Source of the DNA: Patescibacteria group bacterium
GTDB lineage: Bacteria > Patescibacteriota > Minisyncoccia > Phycocordibacterales > Phycocordibacteraceae
Assembly: GCA_018971045.1 (NCBI GenBank)
Contig: JAGWVF010000001.1
Location: 11,480 to 75,479, forward strand
Length of the DNA: 64,000 bases
Direction: 5' to 3'
Part shown: positions 40,172-50,314 of the stretch, in pieces
Layout of the letters: each line of letters starts with the position of its first letter
Position numbering within the stretch: position 1 is the stretch's first letter
Translations under genes and position numbers: made by a program
The notes under the pieces: generated by a model
Database searches by the model: none
What the model saw: the letters and a program-made list of their open reading frames with translations, nothing else
Told to the model about the DNA's origin: nothing

Positions 40172-40824
40172 AACCCAGCTCGCGTACCTTTTTAAATGGC
40201 GAACAGCCATACGCTTGGGACCTTCTCCAGCCCCGCGCTAAGGTGAGCCGACATCGAGGTGCCGAACTCCGCCGTCGCTATGGACGCTTGGGCGGAACTA
40301 GCCTGTTATCCCCAGGGTAACTTATATCCGTTAATCTCTGGCCGCTTCTAAGGCGTACCATCGGTTCACTATGCTCTGCTTTCGCATCTGCTCGGGATGT
40401 ACCCCTCGCAGTTAAGCTCTCTTTTGCCATTACACTATCGGCACGGTTTCCATTCGCGCCTAGAGAACCTTAATAGACTCCTCCGTTACTTTTTAGGAGG
40501 ATAGCGCCCCACCAAAACTACCCGCCACGCACGGTCCCCTGTTGGATCCCAACAGGGTTAGACACTGCAAAATTCAAGAGTGGTATTTCACTGACGGATC
40601 CACACCAGCCGAAACCGGTGCTTCAAATCCTCCCACCTATGCTACGCATGAATCCCGCAGTGCCAATACGAAGCTGTAGTAAAGCTCCTGGGGTCTTTTC
40701 GTCTAACTACAGGTATCCGGCATCTTCACCGGAACTGCATTTTCACCGAGCGAGTCCTCGAGACAGTTTCCCACTCATTACACCATTCGTGCACGTCGGA
40801 ACTTACCCGACAAGGAATTACGCT

Positions 40825-41502
40825 CTAGGCTCCTTTCAACCTTTGGACTCTATCTTCACCCTTTTCAGGGGATGGCGTTTGGTCTCTGGGGATTTCAAGA
40901 ATTGTGACGGCACTTTTCGATTCATCTTTTGAATCTTACGCGCAACCATTTGCATACCGCTCATTTCCTGATGGCGTTTATTCGCCACGAGCTCTACGAT
41001 CTCAGCAAAGAACTCGAAATCGTTTTGCTTTGCGGTTTTAAGTGGATGTCTTCGAAAAAACGGGATGATAATGTGATGCAGATCGCTCACTGAGCGTACG
41101 CAATAACGATACAAATATTCGTGATGATTATCGTATCGCTTATTCACAAATATATTCCCGCACTCGAAAAACGATTTGAACAATTCGAGCGCAGACAGAC
41201 TTTTCTTTCCCTGAGTTATTACAAACTCTGGGAATACTTGCCAGCCGAGCTTCGTTGTCGCATTGCGGAAGATACTAACGGAGAAGCATCCTTCTCCGTC
41301 GGTAAATCCGACAATCCACCCTTCAATTCCTGATCTTTCCTGCGTACGAGTCATACCTAAGGTACATTGTAACCTTAAATACTTCGCGTTTGCATATAGC
41401 CATGTGGATTAATCCGCAGATTACTCTGCGGCAAGGTAGCGTTTTGCTGTTTACCACTACAATCGTCCCAATCCTGTCGCGTTCGAGTAACTCGAACGCG
41501 AC
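40825..41502 (-). mobile_element. Group I intron in 23S at E. coli position ~1931 (CCTAAGGT | AGCG) carrying a LAGLIDADG ORF
   Basis: The exons rejoin to CCTAAGGTAGCGTAATTCCTTGTCGGGTAAGTTCCGAC. The 5' exon ends in U and the intron ends in G. IGS-like ACCTTAGG, R-like CCAGAGACCAAACG and S element AAGAUAGAGUCC are present. The ORF reads through R/S to 11 nt before the 3' splice site. Confidence 0.7.
40836..41354 (-). CDS. LAGLIDADG homing endonuclease (single-motif, I-CreI-like), intron-encoded
   Basis: 172 aa; GWIVGFTDGEGCFSV LAGLIDADG motif near the N-terminus; located inside the 23S intron. Confidence 0.85.
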   Translation of the reverse strand: MTRTQERSGIEGWIVGFTDGEGCFSVSIFRNATTKLGWQVFPEFVITQGKKSLSALELFKSFFECGNIFVNKRYDNHHEYLYRYCVRSVSDLHHIIIPFFRRHPLKTAKQNDFEFFAEIVELVANKRHQEMSGMQMVARKIQKMNRKVPSQFLKSPETKRHPLKRVKIESKG

Positions 41503-42344
41503 ACCTTAGGACGATTATAGTTATCGCCGACATTCACCGGGGCTTACACAGTCCAGCACGACACCGAAGTATCGTACCCACCGTGGTTAACCTTCCGGCA
41601 TTGGTCAGGTGTCACCCCCTATACTTCCTCTTACGAGTTTGCAGGGAGCTGTGTTTTTGGTAAACAGTTGACAGGAAAACTTTCACTGCGGCCCTCCATT
41701 CTTGCGAATAGAGGGCAGGCCTTATCGCTAACTTACGGCCGCTTTTTTGCCGAGTTCCTTGAGGACATCTTACTCGTTCGTCTTGGTCTGCTCGACCTGA
41801 TCACCTGTGTCGGTTTGCGGTACGGTCGTCTTGAGAGTTGATGCGTAGAAGGTTTTCTTGAAACCGCGCTTTGCGCTCTTTCTCCCCCCGAAGGAGGAAA
41901 TTGCGTCAGTGCTCGGGGTAATGCGTACCGGATTTCCCTAGTACGCGCCCTCGCGCTGCCGACCCAAATCCAATAATGGGCAGTGCATACAGCAGTCCGT
42001 CACTCCATTGCCTCTCAAAACGGTCAGGGAATATTAACCCTGTGTCCATCGGGTGCGGCTCTCGCCATCCCCTTAGGCCCGACTAACCCTCAGTTGATCA
42101 CCATAGCTGAGGAAACCTTGATCTTTCGACGTGCGGGGTTCTCACCCGCATTGTGGTTACTTGTACCGGCATTCTTACTTCTGTACGCTCCACCGCGGGT
42201 TATCCCTTCAGCTTCAGCGCGAACAGAACACTCTCCTACCGCTTGTATCTATCTAAATAGGTACAAACCCGCAATTTCGGCACGACATTTAACCCCGATC
42301 ATCTTCGGCGCAAGGACTCTCGATGAGTGAGCTGTTACGCTTTC

Positions 42345-42376
<32 letters not shown>

Positions 42377-42952
42377 TCACTGTTTATGAGTCCTCACTTC
42401 CTTGTGGATGTACTGAATGTCGATTTAGGGGCCTTAAGTGGCGATCAGGGCTCTTCCCCTCTCGTTCGATGGAGCTTCGCCCCCACCTACTAACTGCCGC
42501 CCGGGCCTCTGGTATTCGGAGTTTGATAGGAACCACGAGATTTCTCCCTGTTGGTCCCTTCCAGTGCTCTACCCCCAGAGGCACATATGGCGACGCCAGC
42601 CCAAAAGCTGTTTCGGAGAGAACCAGCTATTCCCAGATTCGATTAGCTTTTCACTCCTTACCACAAGTCATCCCAAGACGTTGAACGATCTACGGGTTCG
42701 GGCCTCCAGCTGTCTTTCGACAACCTTCACCCTGCTCATGGTAAGCTCATCTGGCTTCGGGTCGTATATATCCTACAATCGCGCTATTCACGCTCGGTTT
42801 CCCTTAAGCTCCGCCCCGGAAGGGCTTAGCTACGCAAGATATACACACTCGCCGGCTCATTCTTCAATAGGCATGCCGTGACGGAATGGCTTGCGCCATC
42901 CGCTCCGACCCCTTGTAAGTACACGGTTTCAGGTCTATTTCACTCCCCTCTC

Positions 42953-42986
<34 letters not shown>

Positions 42987-43666
42987 TCACTATCGGTCAT
43001 AGGACGTATTTAGCCTTACCGGTTAGTTCCGGCGGATTCAGTCGAGCTATTCGTGTCTCGACCTACTCAAGAATATGAACGAGAGTCGTCATGCATTTCA
43101 CATACGGGGCCATTACCCTCTGGGGCGCTGCTTCCCAACAGCTTCTGCTATACAGACGATTGGTAACTCTCTACGTACAAGTACGCTGTTCACATCTTAC
43201 AACCCCCCACTCCGAAGAGCGGGGTTTGGGCTTCTCCCTTTTCGCTCGCCGCTACTTGGGGTATCACGCGAGTCGCGTTCCATGCCGCCGAAGCATCGGC
43301 CGCACAGAACGCAACTCATATTGTTCTCTTTTCCTCCTGGTACTGAGATGTTTCACTTCCCAGGGTTCGCTTCACGCAAGCGTTACCTCGCGGATCAGAG
43401 TTCAAAACTCTGGGGTTTCCCCATTCGGAGATCTCCGGATCAAAGGCTACAAACCGCCTCCCCGAAGCTTTTCGCAGGTTAGTCGCGTCCTTCATAGCCG
43501 TCCTAGGCCAAGGCATCCACCGTGCACTCTTATTGTCTCTCGTGCAGAGACCTACATATCACGCGCACACTATATCCTCTCCCGCGCCGAAACCACTCCC
43601 GGCACGGGAAAGTTCATTACCAATGCATATTCGTGTATCAAAAATCAGTGTCCTCCGCTCGAAACG

Positions 43667-43690
43667 AAAACCGCCCCTCGGGGCGGTTTT
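43667..43690. terminator. Bidirectional intrinsic terminator between the surface-protein gene and the 23S promoter region
   Basis: AAAACCGCCCC-TCG-GGGCGGTTTT with U-runs on both strands. Confidence 0.65.
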
Positions 43691-43833
43691 CGTGTGCGCT
43701 ATGCACCCGAGGCCTCACGGCCTATCCGCTCCTAGAAGTGAAGATTTTCGGTTCGTAGACACGTGAAAGAGAGTATAGACGAGAGCGTCTGTGGCGTCAA
43801 TAGTCCCCTGCAGAGCTCTCGCGCAGAGCGGTA

Positions 43834-45525
43834 TTACAGCGCCCCCGAGAGAGTGAAGGTAACGCTATTACTCGTCCCGTTCGCGTTGATCACTGAAACG
43901 GGATACGTTCCCGAGGCAATCATTACACCTAGCGTCGTCATACACCGAGGGAAAGTGTTCCAGCACGGCACATAATTTGACGAGGGGATCGTAAAGCTGA
44001 GCGTCTTTCCGTCCGCCGAGTTCAGATTATAGGCGGGATTTGATTCAATACCAAGATTGCCGAATTTGATTTTATTGCCCGTCGCCGTGAATCCGCTTCC
44101 CGAGAGCGTAACCATCGTGCCGACTGCGCCCAACGCCGGACTGATAGACGAGATGACCGGTGCTGTCGAGCTCGGCGCAACTGAACCCGCTCCAAACTCA
44201 CCGGTGCCGCGAAGATACTGATAATAGTAGTAATTCGGATCGTTCGGGTTTGCGTACGGATTATTAACGGTGCCCGTTGATTGCTGACCGGAACCGCATC
44301 CATAGAGCGCATTTAACTTCGCTCGCGTAAGCGGGCCGACATACCCCGTCTGGCGAATGCCGTATTTCGCCTGGAAGGATACGACGTTAGCGGCAACATT
44401 TTCAGTAAACAACGAACCATTGCCGGTCGTATCAATGCCCGAGGCGGCGAGGGCTTGATTGAGCGCGGTAACGGGGGTTCCGTTACTCCCCACTGTTAGG
44501 TCCGAGTTGAAGTTGTAGCAGAACGGCTGGCCCGAGGATGAAGCGATCCTGCCGCCGGTAAGCGCCGCGGTTACGTTGGCGATCGTCGTGGCGTCAACGC
44601 CGAAGGAAGAAAGAAGCGAGAGAACGGACTGAATCTGGGCGCTCGTGAGGCTCGAGATTGGAGAGCTCGGGGTTTGCGGTGTCCCCGGAGACGGGGGATT
44701 CAATGTCATATTCCCAACGCAGAAACCCTGAGTCCACACTGTTCCGAGCGCGCAGGTGGCGGTCGCCACGGCCTTCGCGAGAACGGTCGAGGACCCGCTG
44801 CTTCTGATCTCAAGCGTGTTGCTGCCGTACCGCAATTCAGCCGCAGTGCCGCCGTAGAACGGATTGAAACTGTAGCCGTTCAGCGCATTGAACGCATTTG
44901 ATGTGGTGACATACGTCGACTCGCTGTAGAGGTCGTAGTTAGTGCCTGATGTGTAGCCGGTGATGGACGTCGGCTTTGACGTACAGACGGACGCTCCTGC
45001 GGGGATGGTGCAGTTCGGGACGGCGAGCGTTATTCCGCCCGAGGGCGCCGGCGTTGTCGGGTACGAAGTCGGATTCGTTGCACATATACTTCCACTCCAC
45101 GTTGTCCCTGTGGCACAGCTGGCAGTCGCGCTCCCCCTCATGACAACATTTGCCGTGGCAGAGTTGCTTCCATCAAGCAGGTTAAGGTTGTTGAGGCCGT
45201 ATGTGAGAAATTCTGCTGAGTCTCCAAGAATTGATGGCTTCGAGCCATCAAGGAAATATTTGCCGAGAGTTGGGCTATAGAGACTTGGAAGAATCAAGTT
45301 TCCGCTGGTAATTCCTCGTGTAAGATTTTGTACGGAATAGATTTTCCCTTGATTGTATTGAGTAGCACTTCCGACGAAGATTGAAGCTCGACAGGTACTT
45401 TGTCCGGCTGGGATGGTGCAGTTGTTGACTTGGAAATCAACAAATGATGTCGCTTGTGCTAATGTTAGTGTCGGGGTAATGAAGAAACCGAGGGCAAACG
45501 CAGCACCAGTAATATATTTATACAT
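43834..45525 (-). CDS. Secreted cell-surface protein: duplicated Cys-containing domain, PG_binding_1 domain, C-terminal IPT/TIG domain
   Basis: 563 aa; signal peptide MYKYITGAAFALGFFITPTLTLAQA. Repeated CTIPAG...C module. NVVSFQAKYGIRQTGYVGPLTRAKLNALYG (PGBD). PVISSISPALGAVGTMVTLSGSGF...VTFTL (IPT-like). Confidence 0.65.
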   Translation of the reverse strand: MYKYITGAAFALGFFITPTLTLAQATSFVDFQVNNCTIPAGQSTCRASIFVGSATQYNQGKIYSVQNLTRGITSGNLILPSLYSPTLGKYFLDGSKPSILGDSAEFLTYGLNNLNLLDGSNSATANVVMRGSATASCATGTTWSGSICATNPTSYPTTPAPSGGITLAVPNCTIPAGASVCTSKPTSITGYTSGTNYDLYSESTYVTTSNAFNALNGYSFNPFYGGTAAELRYGSNTLEIRSSGSSTVLAKAVATATCALGTVWTQGFCVGNMTLNPPSPGTPQTPSSPISSLTSAQIQSVLSLLSSFGVDATTIANVTAALTGGRIASSSGQPFCYNFNSDLTVGSNGTPVTALNQALAASGIDTTGNGSLFTENVAANVVSFQAKYGIRQTGYVGPLTRAKLNALYGCGSGQQSTGTVNNPYANPNDPNYYYYQYLRGTGEFGAGSVAPSSTAPVISSISPALGAVGTMVTLSGSGFTATGNKIKFGNLGIESNPAYNLNSADGKTLSFTIPSSNYVPCWNTFPRCMTTLGVMIASGTYPVSVINANGTSNSVTFTLSGAL

Positions 45526-45581
45526 AGCGATAAGTATACACTCACCTCCTCCCGCTCTGGTGGTTCAACCCGCCCCAATAC

Positions 45582-45625
45582 AGTGGATAAACAATTTGTG
45601 CGTTTCTATAGAACACTTATCCACA
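45582..45625. promoter_or_regulatory. Pair of inverted DnaA-box-like motifs in an AT-rich intergenic stretch
   Basis: TTATCCACA (perfect 9-mer consensus, 45617..45625) and its inverted partner AGTGGATAA (45582..45590), 26 nt apart, in a locally AT-rich 45.58-45.66 kb. Confidence 0.35.
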
Positions 45626-46013
45626 ATAATGTCCTTTACAATGTCTTTGAGTACCTTAGTATCAGTACAGGAGCGACGGGAGTGAGCATTCACCGAACGC
45701 CGCTAGCGACTGTTCCTTCATAGATCTTTTCGGCATCAGAGTGCTATCGAGCGAGTCCCTGCCCACGCACGCGGCGATCCGCGACACAAGCCCCTCGGCA
45801 TGGCTTCTCACATTGAAAAGCACTGGAAGATGCAATCAGCACATAAATTCAAAACCGCCCTCTTTCTCGGTCCGGACGCACTAAATAGTAACGCCCTCTC
45901 TCCTTTTCGCGACCGGCCACTTGGGTGGTTTTGTTATTTTCAGGAAGTTTTACGTAAAACACTTTTCACATATTACCGGTTCACGTGGAACATCAGACTG
46001 CGATTTCGACGAT

Positions 46014-47477
46014 CTAACAGACGTGATGCTTTTCCATTATGGATTTTATTTCCTCATCTTCTGCGGCTTCTCTTCTCTTTTTACCTGCTTCTCCCAGATT
46101 TTTAAGTCCTTCATCATTAATTTTCAACAATTCTGATGTTCTTTTATCAAGATATTCATTAGTATTTTTTGAAGGCTCATCAAGAATCTCCTCAAGAAGC
46201 GCGTTGAGAGTCCAACCGATTCTTGGACCAGGTTCCACGTGGAACATCTCAATGATATGCCCGCCATTAGTCTTTAGCATGCCGACAGAGATAGGGTCGC
46301 GGAGGGCTTGTTCTACCATTGCCTTATATTTGCGGAATCGAAATGGCTGTTCCTTTGGCCTTCCGGTGCCGATTCGATCGCAAATGCGAAGATTGAGCAA
46401 ATCCCATATATTTTCCTCACCGACATTCTTTATCATTCGCCTTACCGCGGAGAGCGTAATCTGATCCGGATCAGAAAAAAACATATGCCAACGCACCAAT
46501 TTTACGACTTTATCAATCGTCTCTCGAGGGAAATGAAGGTATTCGAGAGCTTTCTTTGTTACACGTGAACCAACTACCTCATGGCCATGGAAAGTCCAAT
46601 CTCCCTTTTCGTCTGACCAACGGCGTGTCTCTGGTTTTGAAATGTCATGGAAAAGTCCGGCGAGGCGAATATCGAAATTCCAACCCTTATCGGCGGCATG
46701 TTGCATCGTTCTCATCAAGTGTTCAAAAACGTCATAGCTATGCGCCTGATTCTGTTCGATACCGACGCCTCGAATTAAATCAGACGATATGTCCTCGAGA
46801 ATACCGAGCTTTTGAGCGAAAACAAGCGCATTCATCGGCTGATTGGAATTAAGTATTCGTATGAGCTCGTCTCTGACTCTTTCACGTGAAACTTGGCTCA
46901 AATGCTTGCTATTCTCGCTGATCGCTTCTGCAGTCGCTCCATCAATACCGAATTCAAGTTCAGCAACGAGCCGTACCGCCCGAAGCATTCTCAGGGCATC
47001 TTCATTAAAGCGTTCAGAAGGATTCCTTACGGCGCGAATGAGTTTGTCCTTTATGTCCTTTTCCCCTTCGTAGGGGTCAACGATTTGTCCTTTATCTTCA
47101 TCGTACGCAATCGCGTTTATCGTAAAATCCCGCCGCGCGAGATCCTCGAGAAGGGACGTGCCGAAAGCGACCGAGTCGGGACGGCGCTTGTCAGAATATC
47201 CCGACTCGGTCCGGTAGGGAGTCACTTCAATAATAGCGAGGCACGAATTCTCGGAACCGGTCTTTACTCCCACTGTACCGTAATCGTTTTCATAAAAAGA
47301 ATCAGGAAATACGGACTGGATCTGATCCGGTGTGGCGTTCGTGGTAATGTCCCAATCCCTCGGTTCTCGCCCAATGATCAGATCGCGAACGCAACCGCCG
47401 ACCAGATACGCTTCGTACCCGGCGCTCCGGAGCGCCCGGCTGACCGTTCCCACCTCATTTGGAATTCGATATTCCAT
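46014..47477 (-). CDS. cca: CCA-adding enzyme / tRNA nucleotidyltransferase with HD domain
   Basis: AYLVGGCVRDLIIGREPRDWDITT (Pol-beta NT motif), ...RRDFTINAIAY..., HD domain HDISKPETRR...HGHEVVG. The start is taken at internal MEYRIPNEV. Confidence 0.85.
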   Translation of the reverse strand: MEYRIPNEVGTVSRALRSAGYEAYLVGGCVRDLIIGREPRDWDITTNATPDQIQSVFPDSFYENDYGTVGVKTGSENSCLAIIEVTPYRTESGYSDKRRPDSVAFGTSLLEDLARRDFTINAIAYDEDKGQIVDPYEGEKDIKDKLIRAVRNPSERFNEDALRMLRAVRLVAELEFGIDGATAEAISENSKHLSQVSRERVRDELIRILNSNQPMNALVFAQKLGILEDISSDLIRGVGIEQNQAHSYDVFEHLMRTMQHAADKGWNFDIRLAGLFHDISKPETRRWSDEKGDWTFHGHEVVGSRVTKKALEYLHFPRETIDKVVKLVRWHMFFSDPDQITLSAVRRMIKNVGEENIWDLLNLRICDRIGTGRPKEQPFRFRKYKAMVEQALRDPISVGMLKTNGGHIIEMFHVEPGPRIGWTLNALLEEILDEPSKNTNEYLDKRTSELLKINDEGLKNLGEAGKKRREAAEDEEIKSIMEKHHVC

Positions 47478-47537
47478 TGACGAATCGTAGCATGGCCAGA
47501 CTGGTTTTTTAGCTTTTGTGCCGTACACTCTAGCTAC

Positions 47538-47609
47538 GCCCTCGTGGTGAAATGGATATCACGACAGTCTTCGGAACTGTAGGTCCAAGTCCGATTCTTG
47601 GCGAGGGCA
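47538..47609 (+). tRNA. tRNA-Arg (anticodon TCG)
   Basis: GCCCTCG-TG-GTGA-AATGGATA-TCAC-G-ACAGT-CTTCGGA-ACTGT-AGGT-CCAAG-TCCGATT-CTTGG-CGAGGGC-A. Perfect cloverleaf, no encoded CCA. Confidence 0.8.
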
Positions 47610-47671
47610 CCTTTCCACCGCTCTAAAAACGAATCCTATATAATTGAACTCAGGTCATATATAATTGCAGG

Positions 47672-48355
47672 ATGCGAAAAGACAAGGAGATAGCTTCAAA
47701 AATGCGAAAAGAGGGTAGAAGTTACGATGAGATCTATAAATCCCTGCATATTCCGAGAAGCACACTTTCTCATTGGTTTTCTAAAGAGGCGTGGTCTGAA
47801 GAAGTGCGGGCTCGAGTCTCTCAGGCTGCCGAGGAGAGGCGCGCCGTCCGTCTCGCTATCCTGAACAAAGTGCGCGGCGAGCATCTGGCGAGAGCCTACG
47901 AGACAGCCCGATCGGAAGCGGCGAGAGAGCTCGCCGTACTCAAATACGATCCGCTTTTCATTTCCGGCGTCATGCTCTATTGGGGAGAGGGGGCGAAAGA
48001 TCCGAAACAAGGGGTGAAATTTACTAATAGCGACCCTAAGATGGTGCGGTTTTATACGAGATTTCTTTTGAAATCATGCCGGATTCCCGTGGAGAAAATA
48101 AAAGCGCATGTATTGATTTCTGAAGATCACGAAGAGAAGACGACTCGGGCGTATTGGATAAAAATAACCGAATTGCCGAGAGAGAACTTCACCAAGAGTT
48201 CTCTTATTGCCGGCCGGCATGCGAAACGACGATTCGGGTGGGGGGTCTGTACCATTACCGTCTCTAGCACTTACTTCAAACAAAAGATTCTGGAGTGGAT
48301 AAGACTTCTCCCGGAGGAATTGCTCGAGGAGGCATATTATGAGAATATAGCGTGA
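47672..48355 (+). CDS. Stand-alone HTH (resolvase/transposase-type) plus LAGLIDADG-like domain protein
   Basis: N-terminal KEGRSYDEIYKSLHIPRSTLSHWF helix-turn-helix. C-terminal ...FISGVMLYWGEGAKDPKQGVKFTNSD... resembles a single LAGLIDADG motif followed by beta-rich K/R-containing segments. The gene stops 4 nt before tRNA-Gly. Confidence 0.45.
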   Translation: MRKDKEIASKMRKEGRSYDEIYKSLHIPRSTLSHWFSKEAWSEEVRARVSQAAEERRAVRLAILNKVRGEHLARAYETARSEAARELAVLKYDPLFISGVMLYWGEGAKDPKQGVKFTNSDPKMVRFYTRFLLKSCRIPVEKIKAHVLISEDHEEKTTRAYWIKITELPRENFTKSSLIAGRHAKRRFGWGVCTITVSSTYFKQKILEWIRLLPEELLEEAYYENIA

Positions 48356-48359
48356 GCGC

Positions 48360-48430
48360 GCGGGTATGGTTCAATGGTAGAACATCTGGTTGCCAATCAG
48401 ATGATGGGAGTTCGATTCTCCCTACCCGCA
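48360..48430 (+). tRNA. tRNA-Gly (anticodon GCC)
   Basis: GCGGGTA-TG-GTTC-AATGGTA-GAAC-A-TCTGG-TTGCCAA-TCAGA-TGAT-GGGAG-TTCGATT-CTCCC-TACCCGC-A, a perfect cloverleaf. Confidence 0.85.
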
Positions 48431-48584
48431 CCGACGAGACAAAGAAGAACTGCCTCATTTCAGAGACGCTGTGAATATATGGGGATAAATCTGTGTCTAT
48501 TGGGGATAAAAGACGCTGTCTATAACGCCTCTTGCTCGACAGTCCGATAATATACTAAGGAGATGAGCCATATTTCTTAAGGCC

Positions 48585-48980
48585 GTGAACCTTTCTTCTA
48601 AGACGCGCAGGGAAATCGGAAATCTTGGGGAAAAACTGGCGGCCGAATACCTGCGCCGCTACGGATTCACCCTGCTGGACCATAATGTCGCGCGCAAGAC
48701 CGGTGAGATCGATCTCATCGCTCTGAAGGGAGAGACGTTGCATATTATTGAAGTGAAAACCGTCGTAGCCGACGAATTTCCTTCCGAGAAAGGAGCGGGC
48801 GATGACTATGACCCATCGCTGAATCTCCACGAAACAAAGATACGGAAAGTAGTCCGTACCGGAGAGTGGTATGTCCTTGAAAAACGGTGGGAAGGGGAGT
48901 GGCAGGTGGACGGCATTCTCGTGTGGCTGCGCCGAAGAGACGGGATAGCGCGGGTGAGCTACTTGCCTCAGATCGCATAA
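48585..48980 (+). CDS. yraN: YraN-family (UPF0102) endonuclease
   Basis: GTG start; G..GE..A..YL..GF..L..N.....GEIDLIA...L..IEVK, a YraN-type sequence. Confidence 0.8.
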   Translation: MNLSSKTRREIGNLGEKLAAEYLRRYGFTLLDHNVARKTGEIDLIALKGETLHIIEVKTVVADEFPSEKGAGDDYDPSLNLHETKIRKVVRTGEWYVLEKRWEGEWQVDGILVWLRRRDGIARVSYLPQIA

Positions 48981-49003
48981 CGGCCTCTCATTATCTTGTT
49001 TTA

Positions 49004-49074
49004 TCGGGCCGCCGAGAATTGAACTCGGTCTACGTGCTCCCAAAGCACGCGTACTACCGGCATACTCCGGCCCG
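49004..49074 (-). tRNA. tRNA-Pro (anticodon TGG)
   Basis: Minus strand: CGGGCCG-GA-GTAT-GCCGGTA-GTAC-G-CGTGC-TTTGGGA-GCACG-TAGA-CCGAG-TTCAATT-CTCGG-CGGCCCG-A. Position 8 is G, slightly atypical. Confidence 0.7.
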
Positions 49075-49114
49075 TTCCTCGTCCGAGGATGCTTGTACTC
49101 TAACAGCTTTCTGC

Positions 49115-50239
49115 TTATTGCGGCAGATGAGCGATGAGCACTTTCTCGAGGCCGACCGCCGCCGGGACAAAGCCTGAAATAGCGTCGGAAATAGGGAGCG
49201 CGAGGAGCGCGTCGAGCGGCTGGCCTGTTTCATTCTCATATTCAGACCGGATATACGTTGAAGAAATCGCGTCAAGCTGCCGCGAGGCGGTCGCTCCCTC
49301 CATAGTGCTTGTCGTGATGGTTCCCGCGAGCTCGCCAAGAGCGTTTGCGACGCCCCCGCCTGAAGATCCTTCCTGAGCGGCGGCCGAACCCCCAAGCGCG
49401 TATACGTCAATACTATTTTTCGCGAACGTGTAGACGTCCTTTATCGAGCCGAACACAATCGTCGGCGAGAGATCGGACTGTATCTGGGAATAATTGAGGA
49501 ACTGCGCCCCATAGGATCCGATGACGACCGGCGCGCCCTGGACGAGCGCCTTTTCCGAGAGCGGCGACGAAGGGAACGAGGTTGGCAACGGCAGAGAGGT
49601 AAGCGAACCGGTGATTCCCACGAACGCGAAATCGCGCTCGCCCGTCCCGCTCGGGCTCGCCTCGGTAAGCACGCTCGCATTGTCTTTGATCCATTCTGCG
49701 GGAATATACATGAGCGCCGCCGTATACTGATCGGTCGCCGGACTGCCGGTACGTATCTTGCAGACAACGCCGCGGTCAGCAAGAAGGAAATACTGGGCAA
49801 TGTGCGCGTTGGTAAGGATAATCCCCTTGGGATCAACAAGAACTCCGCTACCGCTCACCGAATGGAGGCCGCCGCCGATAGGGGAGTAACAGATAATATT
49901 CACGAGCGAGTTTCGGAGGGTGTCTGCCGCTATGTTGAGACTTGCGCTTACCGCCTGAGCGATCTCCGCAGACGAAATGGATGATGCCGGCTCCGCCGTT
50001 TTCTTCTGTGCGGTTGACGCGGCGGCGCTTGCCGCTCTCGTCCGTCCAGAAGGAAGCGCCGGAGTCGATGTCGCCAAGAGGATCGGGTGATTCGATACCC
50101 GCGAGATCTCCGACGAAGAAGCGCTGACCGATGGATAGGGAAGAGCCGTCGGCGGATGCGCATTGCCGATAAACGCCATGACGACGAAGATCGTCAGGAG
50201 AGCGGGGAGGGTATACCACAGCGGCTTCAATCGTCTCAC
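49115..50239 (-). CDS. Membrane-anchored trypsin-like serine protease (S1/HtrA-like)
   Basis: N-terminal TM. GSGVLVDPKGIILTNAHIA (His), ...GSSGGGV... (Ser). An Ala/Ser-rich linker joins them. Confidence 0.7.
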   Translation of the reverse strand: MRRLKPLWYTLPALLTIFVVMAFIGNAHPPTALPYPSVSASSSEISRVSNHPILLATSTPALPSGRTRAASAAASTAQKKTAEPASSISSAEIAQAVSASLNIAADTLRNSLVNIICYSPIGGGLHSVSGSGVLVDPKGIILTNAHIAQYFLLADRGVVCKIRTGSPATDQYTAALMYIPAEWIKDNASVLTEASPSGTGERDFAFVGITGSLTSLPLPTSFPSSPLSEKALVQGAPVVIGSYGAQFLNYSQIQSDLSPTIVFGSIKDVYTFAKNSIDVYALGGSAAAQEGSSGGGVANALGELAGTITTSTMEGATASRQLDAISSTYIRSEYENETGQPLDALLALPISDAISGFVPAAVGLEKVLIAHLPQ

Positions 50240-50314
50240 TGGTATACGCTAGCGTAAAAATGGTAGTCTTGCACTATGCGAAAGCGGGCTTACCCGCCGT
50301 AGCTTCAAGCCCAT

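Noticed and set aside
45972-46248. 13-nt direct repeat CACGTGGAACATC (two copies)
   Set aside because: About 30 chance 13-mer coincidences are expected in a 64-kb window. One copy is inside the CCA-enzyme coding sequence.
50284-50297. GCGGGCTTACCCGC hairpin just upstream of tRNA-Gly(TCC), considered as an additional tRNA or attachment site
   Set aside because: It is too short to form a cloverleaf and has no T- or D-arm motifs; probably a processing or terminator-like stem.
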